From a virus (taxonomy: Duplodnaviria; Caudoviricetes): 64,000 bases of DNA. The notes beneath the pieces were generated by a model. It was not told the DNA's origin. It saw only the letters and a program-made list of their open reading frames with translations, and did not search any database. The stretch lies in IMG/VR virus record IMGVR_UViG_3300021426_000001. One strand, written 5' to 3'. How positions within the stretch are numbered: position 1 is the stretch's first letter; each line of letters begins with the position of its first letter. This document shows, piece after piece, positions 19,707 to 28,014 of this stretch. A program made the position numbers and the translations under genes.

Positions 19707-19735
19707 AAAAAAAGAAGCGCCCGTGAGAGCGCTTC
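19707..19735 (-). terminator. Intrinsic terminator-like hairpin in the hsp20 leader
   Basis: GAAGCGC/GCGCTTC stem followed by T7 on the minus strand. Confidence 0.6.
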
Positions 19736-19793
19736 GTCCTCTCGTTCGTAAGATATTTATACGAAGAGAGCATGGCAACAAAGCCTAAGAGGC

Positions 19794-20024
19794 CTAGGTG
19801 TATTCTGAGGTTCTTCCGCCGCAGAGCTCATAGTTCGGAGTGACTCCGAAATGGTCTTTGAGCAGCTGGCCAGCAGCAGAGCAGAAGATGAACTTGCGAA
19901 GCTTGAAGCCCCAGTAGTGGAGCGACTGGAGTTCGTGGCGTTCCATCCCCTGGATCGTTTCACGGGCTTCGCGGTATGACTTCTGTTCTACGATAGACTT
20001 GATCATCTGATCGGTCATACCCAC
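19794..20024 (-). CDS. Hypothetical protein
   Basis: ORF in the early operon. Confidence 0.55.
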   Translation of the reverse strand: MGMTDQMIKSIVEQKSYREARETIQGMERHELQSLHYWGFKLRKFIFCSAAGQLLKDHFGVTPNYELCGGRTSEYT

Positions 20025-20030
20025 CTCCCC

Positions 20031-20504
20031 TTAGTCTCGCGGACGGATGTTGTCCGGATAGAAGTAGGAGATGCGAATGTCTTCCATTCGGCAGTAGAAT
20101 CGAGTGAGCCAGTAGTAGAGCTCAGATTCCGGAACCCACTTGAACTTGACATACTTCGGGATCTTCATGTTGCTGCCCTTGTCGTAGCGAGTGAGCTCGC
20201 AGACGGCCATGCTGGCAGGGAATTCATGATCCACTACCACTTCGGTGCGGTAGTTGACCTTGTCGTCATCGAGAATCTGCTTGTATTCAAGCTTGTTCTT
20301 CGCGACTGAGTCGATGTCCAGTCCACCGGTGAGACCGGCGAAGAGTTCCTTCACGGCAGAGATCGGGTCGTTGCCCGTCATGAGGTCGTTCGGGAGGGTC
20401 CAAGAGTTGTGACCATCAGTCTTAGTGGTGGTCGGGAGAGCAATGAGCACTTTGCCATTGCAGGAGATCTTGAGGTTATAACGTGCGATTGCCATCGTTA
20501 TCAT
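20031..20504 (-). CDS. Degenerate Nudix-fold protein
   Basis: KVLIAL...WTLP...PISAVKELFAGLTG...FKWV; catalytic REUXEE box is eroded. Confidence 0.45.
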   Translation of the reverse strand: MITMAIARYNLKISCNGKVLIALPTTTKTDGHNSWTLPNDLMTGNDPISAVKELFAGLTGGLDIDSVAKNKLEYKQILDDDKVNYRTEVVVDHEFPASMAVCELTRYDKGSNMKIPKYVKFKWVPESELYYWLTRFYCRMEDIRISYFYPDNIRPRD

Positions 20505-20572
20505 TCCTTAAGTTGCGAACCAAGAAGAAGCGCCAAGTGAAGTTAGGCGCCTCCTCGCAGTTCTGGTGAGAG

Positions 20573-21088
20573 TTAGATGATGGTCTTTCCATCGACCTTC
20601 ATCGAGATGATGTTGTCGATGTCGATGGAGACCGGTACCAAGCCGTTGGCTTCTTCGTTGAGATGACGAGCGGGCTTGAGGTACTGAGCGAAGGATTCTT
20701 TGTCATCCCACTTCTTGCCATCGAGGAGGAAGTGAGAGCGGGACTTGTGATCCTTGTCCGTGTAGATGCGGAGGCAGATCTTACCCGTTTCAGAGTTCTG
20801 GGCGAGGATTCCTTCATATCCCTCTACCCAGTGGTAATTGCTGTTGCGTTCGCGTTTGACTTCCTTCTCGTGACCAGCGTTCTTGGCGTAGAGTTCCTTG
20901 AAGTCGTAACCGTTACCGGCGTAAGAGTCGAACTCGGTGATCTTGACCATCTTGTCAAGATCGAGACCCTCATTGAGGAGAGCTTCCTTGGTGCAAGCGG
21001 ATTTGCGGAACGGATGACCAGCCTTAGCAGTGGTGATCTGGATGTTGTGGCGGCCAAAGAGAGCGGAGAAGAGTTCGTTGTTGATCAT
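20573..21088 (-). CDS. Hypothetical early protein
   Basis: First gene after early promoter 21131-21163. Confidence 0.7.
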   Translation of the reverse strand: MINNELFSALFGRHNIQITTAKAGHPFRKSACTKEALLNEGLDLDKMVKITEFDSYAGNGYDFKELYAKNAGHEKEVKRERNSNYHWVEGYEGILAQNSETGKICLRIYTDKDHKSRSHFLLDGKKWDDKESFAQYLKPARHLNEEANGLVPVSIDIDNIISMKVDGKTII

Positions 21089-21130
21089 TTTTGATGTCCC
21101 GGTTAGGAGGTTAATTTTGATTACGATTGT

Positions 21131-21163
21131 AATATAGGTATTTTCGCTCCGCTTGTAAACCCC
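21131..21163 (-). promoter_or_regulatory. Early promoter GGGTTTACA-N17-TATATT
   Basis: Consensus match with 17-bp spacer. Confidence 0.85.
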
Positions 21164-21660
21164 TAAATCAAAAATTTTTTCATTTTTTCTGTTTTTTCTT
21201 GTTCTGGCTCAGTTCCGAAGATCTTCGAGCGCAATCTATTTAGTCTGCTACAGAACTCTTGGGTAGTGAGAACCGTCTCGCCCTCCTTGCGCTTTCCGAC
21301 AGAGTGGGTGAAGACAGCGTTGCCTGCAGCCTTTAGCGCCTTGCGGAAGCCCGGATTCTCTCCGAGAGCGTCATAGGCTCGATCTAAGAGCCGCTGATAG
21401 AATACGCTGCGGCGGTCGTAAGACTTGCCCTGCCAGTACAGCTTCTGTCTCTTCTTCCAGTCGTTGCGCTCGCGTCCAGCTCGCTTTGCAGCTATTCCTA
21501 TCAGGGAGCAGATGTGCTTCTGCATTTCTGGATTCTTGCACTTCAAGGATTGCAGAAAGCCCTCCATAGAAGCGCATCTGACCCCATCAAGGTAAAACTC
21601 ATGCGCTGCGAAATTGCTCAGCGCACAGCTCGGATATTCATTCTGACTTCCAATGTCCAT
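21163..21660 (-). CDS. NADAR-family / T4 gp30.3-like protein
   Basis: LSNFAAHEFYLDGVRCASMEGFLQSLK...LYWQG...VLTTQEFCSRL. Confidence 0.85.
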   Translation of the reverse strand: MDIGSQNEYPSCALSNFAAHEFYLDGVRCASMEGFLQSLKCKNPEMQKHICSLIGIAAKRAGRERNDWKKRQKLYWQGKSYDRRSVFYQRLLDRAYDALGENPGFRKALKAAGNAVFTHSVGKRKEGETVLTTQEFCSRLNRLRSKIFGTEPEQEKTEKMKKFLI

Positions 21661-21672
21661 GAGTAGAATATA

Positions 21673-22476
21673 CTATTTCTTGACGTACTCAAGGAACTCA
21701 TCTGTTCCGATCAACTCAGCGCCGAACAGCTTCTCACGGATCAAGTCAGTGAGATCGTAGCACTTGATCGTCTTCATCTTGCCCTTTCCAGGGATCTGGA
21801 AGAGTCTTAACTCTCCGATCTTCAGGTCCGTGTACTTCTCCACGATGTACTTGTACAGGCTAAGCTGAAGGCTGTACTCAGAGACGTTAGTGTTCGGGTA
21901 TGCGCTGAACGGATCCTTCATCATCTGAGATCCGCCGCTGACTGAGAACTGCTTAGAAGTCTTCCAGTCCAGAATGTCTACCGTATCAGTGCGCTTGTTG
22001 TAGGCGACGAAGTCGATCGTTCCTGCGAGTCCTAGAGCTGGATCGTTGACGATGATCTCGTTAGCTATCGGAACATAGACGTTCTTCATCTTGTCGTATA
22101 GCTCCTGACAGATCTTGCTGCGATACTCGAAGTCTTCCCTCATTCCCTGATAGCGGTCGATCTCTTTCCAGTCTGGCTGGTTTTCGTCTCCCTTCCAGAG
22201 GTGCTCCATAACAGCGTGAACCTCGGTTCCGAGACGGCGTGCATAAGCGCCCTTGAACTCCCAGCTGTCTAGAACATCCTTCACGTTCAGTCCGTTTCTC
22301 ATAGCGTAGTCTAGCGCCTTGCGGTTCTTGTCAAACGGAATCGAGTACTTGCCGACGAAGGTAGTGACGGAAGTGTAGCTTGTCTGATTGCTGTCGTAGT
22401 AGATGTGCGGACCAGGGTCTATCCTGATGTCGTTGAACTTCTTCAGCTCACTCTTTGCGAACTCTACAATCTCCAT
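21673..22476 (-). CDS. PD-(D/E)XK exonuclease
   Basis: SVTT, GTEVH, AGTIDF, ILDWKTS and YSLQLSLY motifs. Confidence 0.85.
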   Translation of the reverse strand: MEIVEFAKSELKKFNDIRIDPGPHIYYDSNQTSYTSVTTFVGKYSIPFDKNRKALDYAMRNGLNVKDVLDSWEFKGAYARRLGTEVHAVMEHLWKGDENQPDWKEIDRYQGMREDFEYRSKICQELYDKMKNVYVPIANEIIVNDPALGLAGTIDFVAYNKRTDTVDILDWKTSKQFSVSGGSQMMKDPFSAYPNTNVSEYSLQLSLYKYIVEKYTDLKIGELRLFQIPGKGKMKTIKCYDLTDLIREKLFGAELIGTDEFLEYVKK

Positions 22477-22868
22477 ATAAGTTCCCTCTTGCCTGAGATT
22501 CTTCTTAGAACCTCTTTGTCACTCAGCGATGGATCAAGCTGCTTGACGTTGTTGTAGTTGATGTGTCTCGTAACCTCGTCTGTGAAGTCCAGTCCGAGCT
22601 TCTTGTATGCTTGCGCCGCGATCTTGTTCGCGTTCAGTTCGATCTCCCTTGTGTCGCCGTAGAGAGTCATGAGCATCCTCTGAACTCTGTGCGAGAGCTC
22701 ATGGAGGATCTTGAACTTGTCCAAGAATCTGGTCTCCTTCTCGAAGTTGAGCGTGATTTTGTCTGTCTGCGGGTCGTATGAGCAGACCTTGCCGTACTCG
22801 GCTTGCTGCATGTCGAACTTGCGATACTCGGCGATGACCCTATTTGCTAAATCGTCTAGTGAATTCAT
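22464..22868 (-). CDS. Small HExxH metallopeptidase-like protein
   Basis: LHELSH...IELNAN. Confidence 0.55.
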   Translation of the reverse strand: MNSLDDLANRVIAEYRKFDMQQAEYGKVCSYDPQTDKITLNFEKETRFLDKFKILHELSHRVQRMLMTLYGDTREIELNANKIAAQAYKKLGLDFTDEVTRHINYNNVKQLDPSLSDKEVLRRISGKRELIWRL

Positions 22869-23250
22869 GATTAGTTATTGCCCCGTCTCTAGTGGAGTAC
22901 TTGAAGTGTATTGCGAGGATGTGCGGATCGTCTGTCTGACCGAGTCCGCCGGTTGATCGGTCAATTGTTATGTTGAGGAGGTCTTCCATCTGCTGGAATA
23001 CCTTGTTTCTGATCTCGTCTTGGTTCACGTTCTTGGAGAACAGGATCTTGTAGAGCGGGCTGCCAAAGGCGAGGTTGAACAGCCTCTCTCCTGGAATAGT
23101 CAAGAGGTAGTTCTCTAGAGCCTGATCCATAGCGTGAGTACCCTTGCACTCGTAAGCATCAGGTTCGTTGTAGAGAGTCAGGTCGTAGTAGCCCGCTTCG
23201 ACTGTGTCGCCCACTCTCTTGAAGTCTGGAGAAGCTGTAATGTCTAGCAT
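22840..23250 (-). CDS. Baseplate wedge gp25-like
   Basis: QALENYLLTIPGERLFNLAFGS. Confidence 0.85.
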   Translation of the reverse strand: MLDITASPDFKRVGDTVEAGYYDLTLYNEPDAYECKGTHAMDQALENYLLTIPGERLFNLAFGSPLYKILFSKNVNQDEIRNKVFQQMEDLLNITIDRSTGGLGQTDDPHILAIHFKYSTRDGAITNHEFTRRFSK

Positions 23251-23265
23251 AGTTTATTTATCAAG

Positions 23266-23294
23266 AAAAAAGCCCGGCTGTGGTTAAGCCGGGC
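23266..23294 (-). terminator. Intrinsic terminator after tail sheath
   Basis: GCCCGGCT/AGCCGGGC stem plus T6. Confidence 0.8.
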
Positions 23295-23321
23295 GTGCGG
23301 AGGTTCATAAGCGAGATGGTA

Positions 23322-26300
23322 TTAGATTCTGGTCGTTGACTCCACCGGAGTGATCGACTGAGACTGTCTGTTGAGGATCAAAGTTACCTCGATTCTCTCG
23401 ATAGACTCAGTAGGAACGAAGCTGATGTTCACGTAGACCAAGTGAGTGTTCGTCGGATCTGGAATGACCTTCACGTCCTTGTCGAGAATTCCCTGACCTG
23501 ACATAATTCTGCCGAGGAATGCATCTACTGCCGTCTTCATCGCAGATCTGTTGGTCGTAGTGTTCTTCTGGTAGAGGAACGGAATGAGCTTCGTCTCGAG
23601 GTGCTTCTCGATGTAGTTGCAGAGCTTTCTGACATCGACACGGTTGAGAGCAGACTCCTTCTTGAGCATCGTCTTCTGACCCATGATTGCGTCGCCGTAG
23701 CCTGGGAAGTTGAGCGTGCTGTTGATGTGAATGTCGTAGAGCTGGCCGTACTCGTCATCGTCGAGACGTGTCATCGGACGATCAGAGTAAGCGATCCTTC
23801 CGTTTGTGACGCCTGCAGGTGCCATCCACGGCTTGTCGAAGTTGTCTACATAGCAGCATGCGGTAGCAGCAGCCACGGATCTCGGTAGCATAACGTATGT
23901 GCTCGTGAACGGATCGAAGTAGCGGTCGTAGTCGTCGTAAGCTGCGACATAAGAGCCATCACTGTAAGCAAATGTCTTACCCTCAGACAGCTTGAGACGG
24001 ATCGTCTTAGCTTCCTTAGAAGTTGCCTGGATGATTCCTAGGTCAAGCTTTCTAGAGATAGCGATCTGAGCGATTCTATCCTGCATTGCCTTGTACTTCT
24101 GCTTTCCAGAGAACGTCTCGATCGGCTCCACGTTGAACAGGTAGTCGAAGTAAGCCTTCTTTCTGTTCTTGTAGAGATCGAGAGCCTTCGTCTTCTCCTT
24201 CACGTTGTTAAGCTCAGAGTTTGTACCGCCAGTGAGCTGGTAGATGGAGAATGTCTGCTCTGGCATGCAGTACTCGCCCTTGTAGTTGACGGACTGCTCG
24301 ACAGACTTCTTTGAGACATAGATGAACTTAGACTTGCCGTTGATCACGTACGGTGCCCAGAGGCTGTTTCCGTTCTCGTCCTTTGCGTTCGGATCGTTTG
24401 ACACGAGCCATGACTCGACTGGAGACTGCATTAGAGCGTCCAGACCGAAGCCCCAGACTGCCTGAGTCTTAGAAGGTGCCTTCACGTAGACATTGATCTT
24501 GTAGACCTTCTTCCAAGTGAGGTTCTCCTTGTTACTCTTGTAGTCAAGACCTGCAGCGTCAACCTTGTCCTCGTCGTCATAGCGGTAGAGCCATGAGAAT
24601 CCGTTTTGTCCGTAGAGTGCTGGAATCTGAGCAGCAGCTGGCGTGATGATAGAGACTCCGACATCGTTTCCGAACTCGCCAGGACCGATAGCGCCGATGA
24701 TGAGCTGGTTAGTCTTGTTGGACTGGTACATCTCGATGTCGCCGTTGCCCGGCTCTGCGTCCGTCTCGCATCCAGGAGTGTAGCCGTCTTTCCAGATTCC
24801 AGTAGGATCTGAGAAGACTTCCGTAGAAGAGATAGCGATGAGCTTGTCGACTTCGTTGTCGCCGTCGAATTCAACCTGCCAAGGCTTCACGATGGATTCT
24901 GGATTCTCTGCTCCGTAGTGAGACTTGATCACTGGCTTCTTTGCGCCGTACTCAAGATACATAGCCCAAGTGTACTCATACTCGTTAGCAGCATGAACTC
25001 CAGTCTTGTAGAGGTCAGTGTCTACCACAGCGAGAACTTGGATCTGCTCAGTTCCATCTCCCTTAGCGAGAGTGTACTGGATGATTGCATAGTTTCCGTT
25101 TGAGATGTCTGCGACTTCAAGACCGTAGTCAGAAGCAACATCTCTGAGAAGAGCCTTCTGCTCAGTCGTTGTGCACTTGCTGCAAAGCGTTATCGTTACA
25201 GCGCCCTTCGTGATGACGTACTTGCTGTCAGCAGTTCCGTACTCAGTGAACTGAAGTCCCTTGACATCGTGTCTGCCGTTATCCCAGTCAGTCTTCGTGA
25301 TGACGAACGTCTTCGTGAGACCGTCATCCCAGTCAACTAGGTTCACCTGATAGACATCGAAGACTCCGTCAGTCGGAGTCGGCTTCAGATCCGTGACCTT
25401 GCTTACTGTGTTAGAGATGATGGTCTGGAGGCTCGTGGTCTCAGTAGTGATCTGTGTAGAATACAGGATCAAGTCAATTGATCTGTTGTTCAGCGATACG
25501 CTAGCAGGAATGTGAACGACCGTCTCGTAGTACTTAGTATCAGCGTTGCCAACGGTCTTCGTGATCGGAGTAGAGTTGAGATTCTGGAACCAGTAGAAGT
25601 CAGTCGTCTTAGAAGTCGTGGTCTTCTTGTTGATCGACTTGCTGTAGTCTGTGGTTGATACAGAGAAGAGTGCTGGATCGAGGTGAATTCCTGAAGCAGC
25701 ATCATCTGTCCAGACCTTACCAGCCTTTCCAGCGACAGACTCCAAAGAGCCACCAGAACGATCGCGGTAAACGTAGATCTCCTGGATCGGATTTCCGTTG
25801 AACTTTCTGTAGATGTCGTCGATCATGACGCTCTTAGACTTTCCGTGGTATGCGAAAGCGCTCTCATCTCCAGCCTTCTCATACGCTTCGAAACCGTCAT
25901 CAACTGCCTTGTTCGGATCGTAGTCATTCTTCGTCATGACCTGAATGAGTCTCAGATTGTTCAAGAGCTCGTTGTCAACGAAGCTGATCTTCTGAATACC
26001 GGTCATCGTCGTGATCGTCTGACCCTCGTGTTCTGGATCAGGAATTGATCTTGTGCCACCGATAATGTTCTTGTCGACTGAATCCGTGAACGGGAACTGA
26101 ATCTGAGCGTAGCCTTCATCACCCTGCGTAGCTCTCACGACGAGAAGCTGTGTAGCGCCGCCCTGTTCGAAGTAGACTTGAGCAGCGAAGTGACCATACT
26201 GGTTTGGATTGTCTGGAGTGCCGAAGAACTCGTGGAACTTGTCGATCGTTGTGCAGAGAACACGCTGGTTCGGAACGCCACGGTTAGCGTTTATCACAAT

Positions 26301-26396
26301 AGCGCCGATGCCGTCTCCAGGTTCAGCATTCGGTCTTACTGTGTTGTCGATTTCTTTGAAACCGATGCCAGGGACGTTGTAAGCCGTATTAGCCAT
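23322..26396 (-). CDS. Tail sheath protein (gp18-like) with large central insertion
   Basis: PGIGFKEID, PGEFGN, PWMAPAG, GQKT...ALNRVDVRKL, FVPTESIERI; late promoter 26448-26455. Confidence 0.95.
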   Translation of the reverse strand: MANTAYNVPGIGFKEIDNTVRPNAEPGDGIGAIVINANRGVPNQRVLCTTIDKFHEFFGTPDNPNQYGHFAAQVYFEQGGATQLLVVRATQGDEGYAQIQFPFTDSVDKNIIGGTRSIPDPEHEGQTITTMTGIQKISFVDNELLNNLRLIQVMTKNDYDPNKAVDDGFEAYEKAGDESAFAYHGKSKSVMIDDIYRKFNGNPIQEIYVYRDRSGGSLESVAGKAGKVWTDDAASGIHLDPALFSVSTTDYSKSINKKTTTSKTTDFYWFQNLNSTPITKTVGNADTKYYETVVHIPASVSLNNRSIDLILYSTQITTETTSLQTIISNTVSKVTDLKPTPTDGVFDVYQVNLVDWDDGLTKTFVITKTDWDNGRHDVKGLQFTEYGTADSKYVITKGAVTITLCSKCTTTEQKALLRDVASDYGLEVADISNGNYAIIQYTLAKGDGTEQIQVLAVVDTDLYKTGVHAANEYEYTWAMYLEYGAKKPVIKSHYGAENPESIVKPWQVEFDGDNEVDKLIAISSTEVFSDPTGIWKDGYTPGCETDAEPGNGDIEMYQSNKTNQLIIGAIGPGEFGNDVGVSIITPAAAQIPALYGQNGFSWLYRYDDEDKVDAAGLDYKSNKENLTWKKVYKINVYVKAPSKTQAVWGFGLDALMQSPVESWLVSNDPNAKDENGNSLWAPYVINGKSKFIYVSKKSVEQSVNYKGEYCMPEQTFSIYQLTGGTNSELNNVKEKTKALDLYKNRKKAYFDYLFNVEPIETFSGKQKYKAMQDRIAQIAISRKLDLGIIQATSKEAKTIRLKLSEGKTFAYSDGSYVAAYDDYDRYFDPFTSTYVMLPRSVAAATACCYVDNFDKPWMAPAGVTNGRIAYSDRPMTRLDDDEYGQLYDIHINSTLNFPGYGDAIMGQKTMLKKESALNRVDVRKLCNYIEKHLETKLIPFLYQKNTTTNRSAMKTAVDAFLGRIMSGQGILDKDVKVIPDPTNTHLVYVNISFVPTESIERIEVTLILNRQSQSITPVESTTRI

Positions 26397-26482
26397 GCTT
26401 AAAATCTCCTTAAATTTCGACGGGTACAACCCGTCTCTCGTTTAGATTATTTATACCGAGTTGTCAAGGAGATTAGTTGAGT

Positions 26483-27976
26483 TTAGATCGGGTAAAGTTG
26501 AGATTTCTGAGTGAATTCCTGCTCTTGGTAGTACTTCGCTCTCTCGACCCAGTGGTCGTAGAGGTAGTTCGAGTGAACTTTGCCCCTCTTTGACTTCCAT
26601 CTCATGTCGTCCACGATGTCGAAAATCACGATTCTGCTCTTCTCAGGGTGCTTTCTCAGACCTCTTCCGAGAGACTGAAGAACCTTGATCTTGGACTTAG
26701 AGTTCGAATACAGGACGATCTCGTGGATCTTCTTGATGTTGACGCCAGTTGACATGGTGCCGAAAGTAGCCACGATGATGAGTCCGTCCGACTCTTCTGC
26801 CGAGACACGGATGAACTCTCGCTCGGCAGACTTGACTGATCCAGTGATCTTCGTGATTCTTCTGTTTGGAGCGATCTTCTTCAAGTATTCCACAGTTGCG
26901 TCTACGTGATCTACGTGATTGCAGAGAATGAGCATGTTGTGGTTCTGAGGCATAGCGCCGAGGATCTTGTCAAGAATCGTCTTGCGGTTCTCGTACTCCT
27001 CCACCATTCTCACTTCCTCAGGGAACGTTCTCTCCTGATTAGAGAGAATGAAGTCCATCGGGTACTGGAGGAAGATGTTTGCGATGATTATCTTGGTCAA
27101 GAAGCCTCTCTCGATCAGCTCCTTTGAAGTGATTTTGTATAGCGTCTTTCCAAGAACTGACTTGCAGGTCCACTGATCGCACTTAGATGTCGGAAGAGTT
27201 CCGGTCGTTCCGATCTTGAACTCTGCCCTCATGCAGAACTTGAGGTAGTCCGAGATCTTCACGCCTCTTGCTCCATGGCACTCGTCAACGACGACTGCTT
27301 GCTGCTTCATGAAGAAGTCAACATCCTCTTTCTTTAGGGACTGCCAAGTGGTGATCAGAATCGGCACATTGAAGGTCGGAACGTGATCCTTGTCCTGGAG
27401 CTCGCACCACTTATCGATGTCAGTCCAGCCATAGTCCTTGAAGTCCTCGTACATCTGAGTGACGAGCATGATTGACGGAACGATCAAGAGCATGTGCTTG
27501 AACTGCTTCTCCATCATCAAATTTCTCAGGAAGAGGTAGATCATGAGCGACTTTCCAGAGGAGGTGCAGCACTCGAGGATGCCCTTCTTGTTGTTCAGGG
27601 CAGCGAAAGTGGCTTCAGCCTGATAGTCGCGGACCTGATACTTAGAGCCAGCGAGGATCTGCTTGCAGTTGGAGTCGAACTTCTCTCGGGACAGCCACGG
27701 CTTTGGATCTCTCTCGAAGTCCACGAACTCTAGCGAGTGGTTGTGAGTCTTGGCGAATCTAGCGAGCTCGTCAACGAGTCCTATCGGCAGCATCATGTTG
27801 GCTGTCTTGAAAAAGTGCGTGAAGCCGTCCCATGCATGGCACTTGTATCTCGGGTGGAACTCGTATCCCTCCGGATGAACAGCGAAGGAGGCATCCAGCT
27901 CGTATAGAATGTCTCCGTCATTTGCGCTTAGATGGAAGTAGCTCTCGTTAACCTTTCTCGCTATGATCTTTCCCAT
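26483..27976 (-). CDS. uvsW: UvsW SF2 helicase
   Basis: WDG, RDYQ, TSSGKS, DECH, GTTGT, STGVNI and QSLGRGLR motifs; late promoter 28004-28011. Confidence 0.95.
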   Translation of the reverse strand: MGKIIARKVNESYFHLSANDGDILYELDASFAVHPEGYEFHPRYKCHAWDGFTHFFKTANMMLPIGLVDELARFAKTHNHSLEFVDFERDPKPWLSREKFDSNCKQILAGSKYQVRDYQAEATFAALNNKKGILECCTSSGKSLMIYLFLRNLMMEKQFKHMLLIVPSIMLVTQMYEDFKDYGWTDIDKWCELQDKDHVPTFNVPILITTWQSLKKEDVDFFMKQQAVVVDECHGARGVKISDYLKFCMRAEFKIGTTGTLPTSKCDQWTCKSVLGKTLYKITSKELIERGFLTKIIIANIFLQYPMDFILSNQERTFPEEVRMVEEYENRKTILDKILGAMPQNHNMLILCNHVDHVDATVEYLKKIAPNRRITKITGSVKSAEREFIRVSAEESDGLIIVATFGTMSTGVNIKKIHEIVLYSNSKSKIKVLQSLGRGLRKHPEKSRIVIFDIVDDMRWKSKRGKVHSNYLYDHWVERAKYYQEQEFTQKSQLYPI

Positions 27977-28014
27977 AGTTCAAATCTCCTCTTGAGTTCA
28001 CGCTATTTATAGCG

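Noticed and set aside
21673-22476. Cas4/CRISPR adaptation gene
   Set aside because: No Fe-S cysteine cluster and no cas genes or array; a generic PD-(D/E)XK exonuclease
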